Source of the DNA: Planctomycetota bacterium
Lineage (GTDB): Bacteria; Planctomycetota; UBA11346
Assembly (NCBI GenBank): GCA_038213805.1
Contig: JBBQSO010000102.1
Location: forward strand, 1 to 18,014
Direction of reading: 5' to 3'
DNA length: 18,014 nucleotides
Shown piece after piece: positions 15,815 to 18,014 of this stretch (the first letter of the stretch is position 1; every line of letters starts with the position of its first letter). Both the position numbers and the translations under genes were made by a program. The notes below the pieces were generated by a model. The model was given only the letters and a program-made list of their open reading frames with translations, made no database searches and had not been told where the DNA came from.

Positions 15815-17749
15815 TCAAGTCGCGGCCGCGGCGGCCTTGGCCTCGCCACCGCCGACCACCGTGGCGAGCAGATCCTGCACGCGCTTGGCAAAGCTGGCGG
15901 GATCCACGAGCTTGGCGCCTTCGGCGAGCAGGGCCTGATCGCGCAGCACGGCGATGTAGTCGCGCAGGCGCGCCTGGTCGCCGCCCCCCTCGTGCAGCGC
16001 CTGCAGGCGCTTGATCACCGCGTGGTCGGCGTTGAGCTCGAGGACGCGCTTCTGCGTCGGCACGTCGTGACCCATGCGCCGCATCATCTCCTCAAGCTGG
16101 GGCGAGACGCCTTCGCTCTCGGCGACTAGGCGGCACGGGCTGTCGGTGAGGCTGCCGGCGAGGCGCACATCCGAGACGTCGCCGTCGAGCGCCTCCTTGC
16201 AGAAGCCCATGAAGCCGGAGTAGCTCTTGGCCTTCTCCTCGATGGCCTTCTTGTCCTCGTCGCTGGTCAGATCGGACTGGCCTTTGGCGACGTTCACGAT
16301 CGGCTTCTTGTCGAACTCGGAGAGGTGGCCGACCACCCACTCGTCGACCGGGTCGGTCAAATAGAGGACCTCCCAGCCCTTCTTGAGGAAGCCTTCAACG
16401 TGCGGGCTCGCCTTGGCCGCATCGATCGAGGCAGCGACTACCAGGTAGATGCTCTTCTGCTCGGCCGGCATGCGTTTGATGTAGTCCTCGAGACCGGTCT
16501 TGCCGGTCTTGCCCTCGGCGACGCTGAAGCTCGACGCGAAGCGCGCCAGCTTGCTGAGGCGCTCTTTATTCTCGGTGTCGTTGACGATGCCCTCGCGCAG
16601 CACGGCGCCAAACGACGCGTCGATGGCGGTGAAGGCGGCCTGATCCTTCTCGTCACTTGATGCGGCAAGCTTCAGCAGGTGGTCGAGCACGCGCTTGACC
16701 AGCTGCTTGCGCAGCTTGGCGACGGTGTCCTGCTGCTGGAGGATCTCGCGGCTGACGTTAAGCGGCAGGTCGTCGCTGTCGACGATGCCGCGCAGGAAGC
16801 GCAGGTATTCCGGCAGCAGGTCCTTGCAGTCGTCCATGACAAAGACGCGGCGCACGTAGAGGTTCAGGCCGCGGCGCTCGCGATCGAAGAGGTCCATGGG
16901 CTTCTGCCCGGGCACGAACACCAGCGCGGTGAACGACTGGTGGCCCTCGACGCTGAAGTGCAGGCGCGTGGCCGGCTCGTCCCACATGCGGCAGGCGGAC
17001 TTGTAGAAGGCGTTGTACTGCTCGTCGGTGATCTCGTCCTTGGGACGCGTCCACAGCGCTTGGCCGGCGTTGACCTGCTCGGGCTCGGCCGCGACGCCCT
17101 TCTTGGCGTCCTCTTCGGAAACGTACTTGGGCAGGAAGATCGGGTAGGCGACGTAGTCGGAGTACTTCTTGATCAGCTCGCGCAGCTTCCAGCCCTGCAG
17201 GAAGTCGCCGGCGTCGTCTTTGAGATGCAGGGTGACGGTGGTGCCGCGCGCGGCACGACTGATGGTCTCGGTCGAGAACTGGCCGTCGCCGCGGCTCTCC
17301 CAGCGCACGCCGGCGTCGCTGGACGCGCTCGCGCTGCGGCTCTCGACGACGATGCGGTCGGCGACCATGAACGCTGAGTAGAAGCCCACGCCGAACTGGC
17401 CGATCAGGTTCGCCGACTTGGCCTGGTCGCCAAGGCCCTGCAGGAAGGCCTTGGTGCCGGACTTGGCGATGGTGCCGAGGTGCTCGATGGCCTCCGCCTC
17501 GGTCAGGCCGATGCCGTTGTCCTGGATGACCAGGGTCTTGGCCTCGGCGTCGGGCAGCACTTCGACCTTGAGGGTGTCGTCGCCGCGCAGCAGTTCGGGG
17601 GCGGTCAGGGCGGTGAAGCGCAGCTTGTCGCAGGCGTCCGACGCGTTCGAGACCAGCTCGCGCAGGAAGATCTCCCGCTCGGAGTACAGGCTGTGGATCA
17701 TCAGCTGCAGGAGCTGCTGGACTTCGGTCTGGAAGGCGTGCTGGGTCAT
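15815..17749 (-). CDS. htpG: Molecular chaperone HtpG (Hsp90)
   Basis: 'FQTEVQQLLQLMIHSLYSEREIFLRELVSNASDA', 'DNGIG', 'LGTIAKSGT', 'IGQFGVGFYSAF', 'DSDDLPLNVSREILQ', 'LELNADH'; GAGG RBS. Confidence 0.98.
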   Translation of the reverse strand: MTQHAFQTEVQQLLQLMIHSLYSEREIFLRELVSNASDACDKLRFTALTAPELLRGDDTLKVEVLPDAEAKTLVIQDNGIGLTEAEAIEHLGTIAKSGTKAFLQGLGDQAKSANLIGQFGVGFYSAFMVADRIVVESRSASASSDAGVRWESRGDGQFSTETISRAARGTTVTLHLKDDAGDFLQGWKLRELIKKYSDYVAYPIFLPKYVSEEDAKKGVAAEPEQVNAGQALWTRPKDEITDEQYNAFYKSACRMWDEPATRLHFSVEGHQSFTALVFVPGQKPMDLFDRERRGLNLYVRRVFVMDDCKDLLPEYLRFLRGIVDSDDLPLNVSREILQQQDTVAKLRKQLVKRVLDHLLKLAASSDEKDQAAFTAIDASFGAVLREGIVNDTENKERLSKLARFASSFSVAEGKTGKTGLEDYIKRMPAEQKSIYLVVAASIDAAKASPHVEGFLKKGWEVLYLTDPVDEWVVGHLSEFDKKPIVNVAKGQSDLTSDEDKKAIEEKAKSYSGFMGFCKEALDGDVSDVRLAGSLTDSPCRLVAESEGVSPQLEEMMRRMGHDVPTQKRVLELNADHAVIKRLQALHEGGGDQARLRDYIAVLRDQALLAEGAKLVDPASFAKRVQDLLATVVGGGEAKAAAAAT

Positions 17750-17798
17750 GGGAATCCTCGGGAGTCGTTGTCAGTTTGACGTGGTGATCACGGGTGGA

Positions 17799-17814
17799 TG
17801 CAAAGGAGGTGCCA
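17799..17814 (-). promoter_or_regulatory. Sigma54 (RpoN) -24/-12 promoter upstream of htpG
   Basis: Minus strand reads TGGCAC-CTCCT-TTGCA, an exact match to TGGCAC-N5-TTGCW, correctly oriented 49 nt upstream of the ATG. Confidence 0.8.
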
Positions 17815-17823
17815 TTGGCTTCG

Positions 17824-18014
17824 TCACGGCTGGGCGAGGTCCGCGGTCGCGGGCTGCGCCGTCGGCCCTTCCCAGTCCCAGGCGTACGCCGTCCGGGTCA
17901 GCGGGTCGTAGGCGGCCCAACGACCGGACTCGACCAGACCGCTGCCGACTTGGAGCAGGGTGTGATGGCCGCGTGGACCGGGGCCGGGAGCGAACCAGGC
18001 GGGCAGGCCGGCGG
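17824..18014 (-). CDS. 3' end of a hypothetical protein running off the window edge
   Basis: Open frame absent from the ORF track: ...AGLPAWFAPGPGPRGHHTLLQVGSGLVESGRWAAYDPLTRTAYAWDWEGPTAQPATADLAQP* with G/C-ending codons; TGA at 17826-17824. Confidence 0.6.
   Translation of the reverse strand, partial: AGLPAWFAPGPGPRGHHTLLQVGSGLVESGRWAAYDPLTRTAYAWDWEGPTAQPATADLAQP

Noticed and set aside
15631..15891. N-terminal extension of the PqiA ORF
   Set aside because: It overlaps the htpG 3' end and the palindromes, and its composition is not protein-like.
17795..17820. CIRCE (HrcA) operator upstream of htpG
   Set aside because: Only a partial left-arm likeness (TGGCAC) and no GAGTGCTAA arm at 9-nt spacing; the sigma54 consensus fits exactly instead.

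Overview
A GC-rich bacterial chromosomal window made up mostly of housekeeping genes. A Planctomycetota/PVC-like origin is inferred from a eukaryote-type UDP-GlcNAc pyrophosphorylase, a zinc-ribbon membrane protein and an rpmA with no adjacent rplU. Gene order: degenerate transketolase-fold protein (-), CoA-binding protein (+), ftsK (-), rpmA (+), YgiB-tail protein and glutathionylspermidine synthase-like ligase (+), UAP-type pyrophosphorylase (+), small membrane-anchored hypothetical (-), tyrS (+), PolB-like 3'-5' exonuclease (-), Ap4A-hydrolase-like NUDIX (+), hypothetical (+), zinc-ribbon/Pro-rich membrane protein (+), PqiA-like (-), htpG (-), and the 3' end of a hypothetical gene (-). I saw no CRISPR array, tRNA, rRNA, transposase or reverse transcriptase. 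Five features stand out. (i) Three intergenic loci are built from inverted pairs of 7-bp tandem arrays, one a perfect 35-bp inverted repeat around a structured 84-bp core. (ii) The transketolase-like protein keeps all three domains but appears to have lost its ThDP-binding and catalytic residues. (iii) htpG has a consensus sigma54 promoter. (iv) Several genes look leaderless. (v) REP-like palindromes follow htpG. All family assignments come from motif recognition by eye, without database searches.
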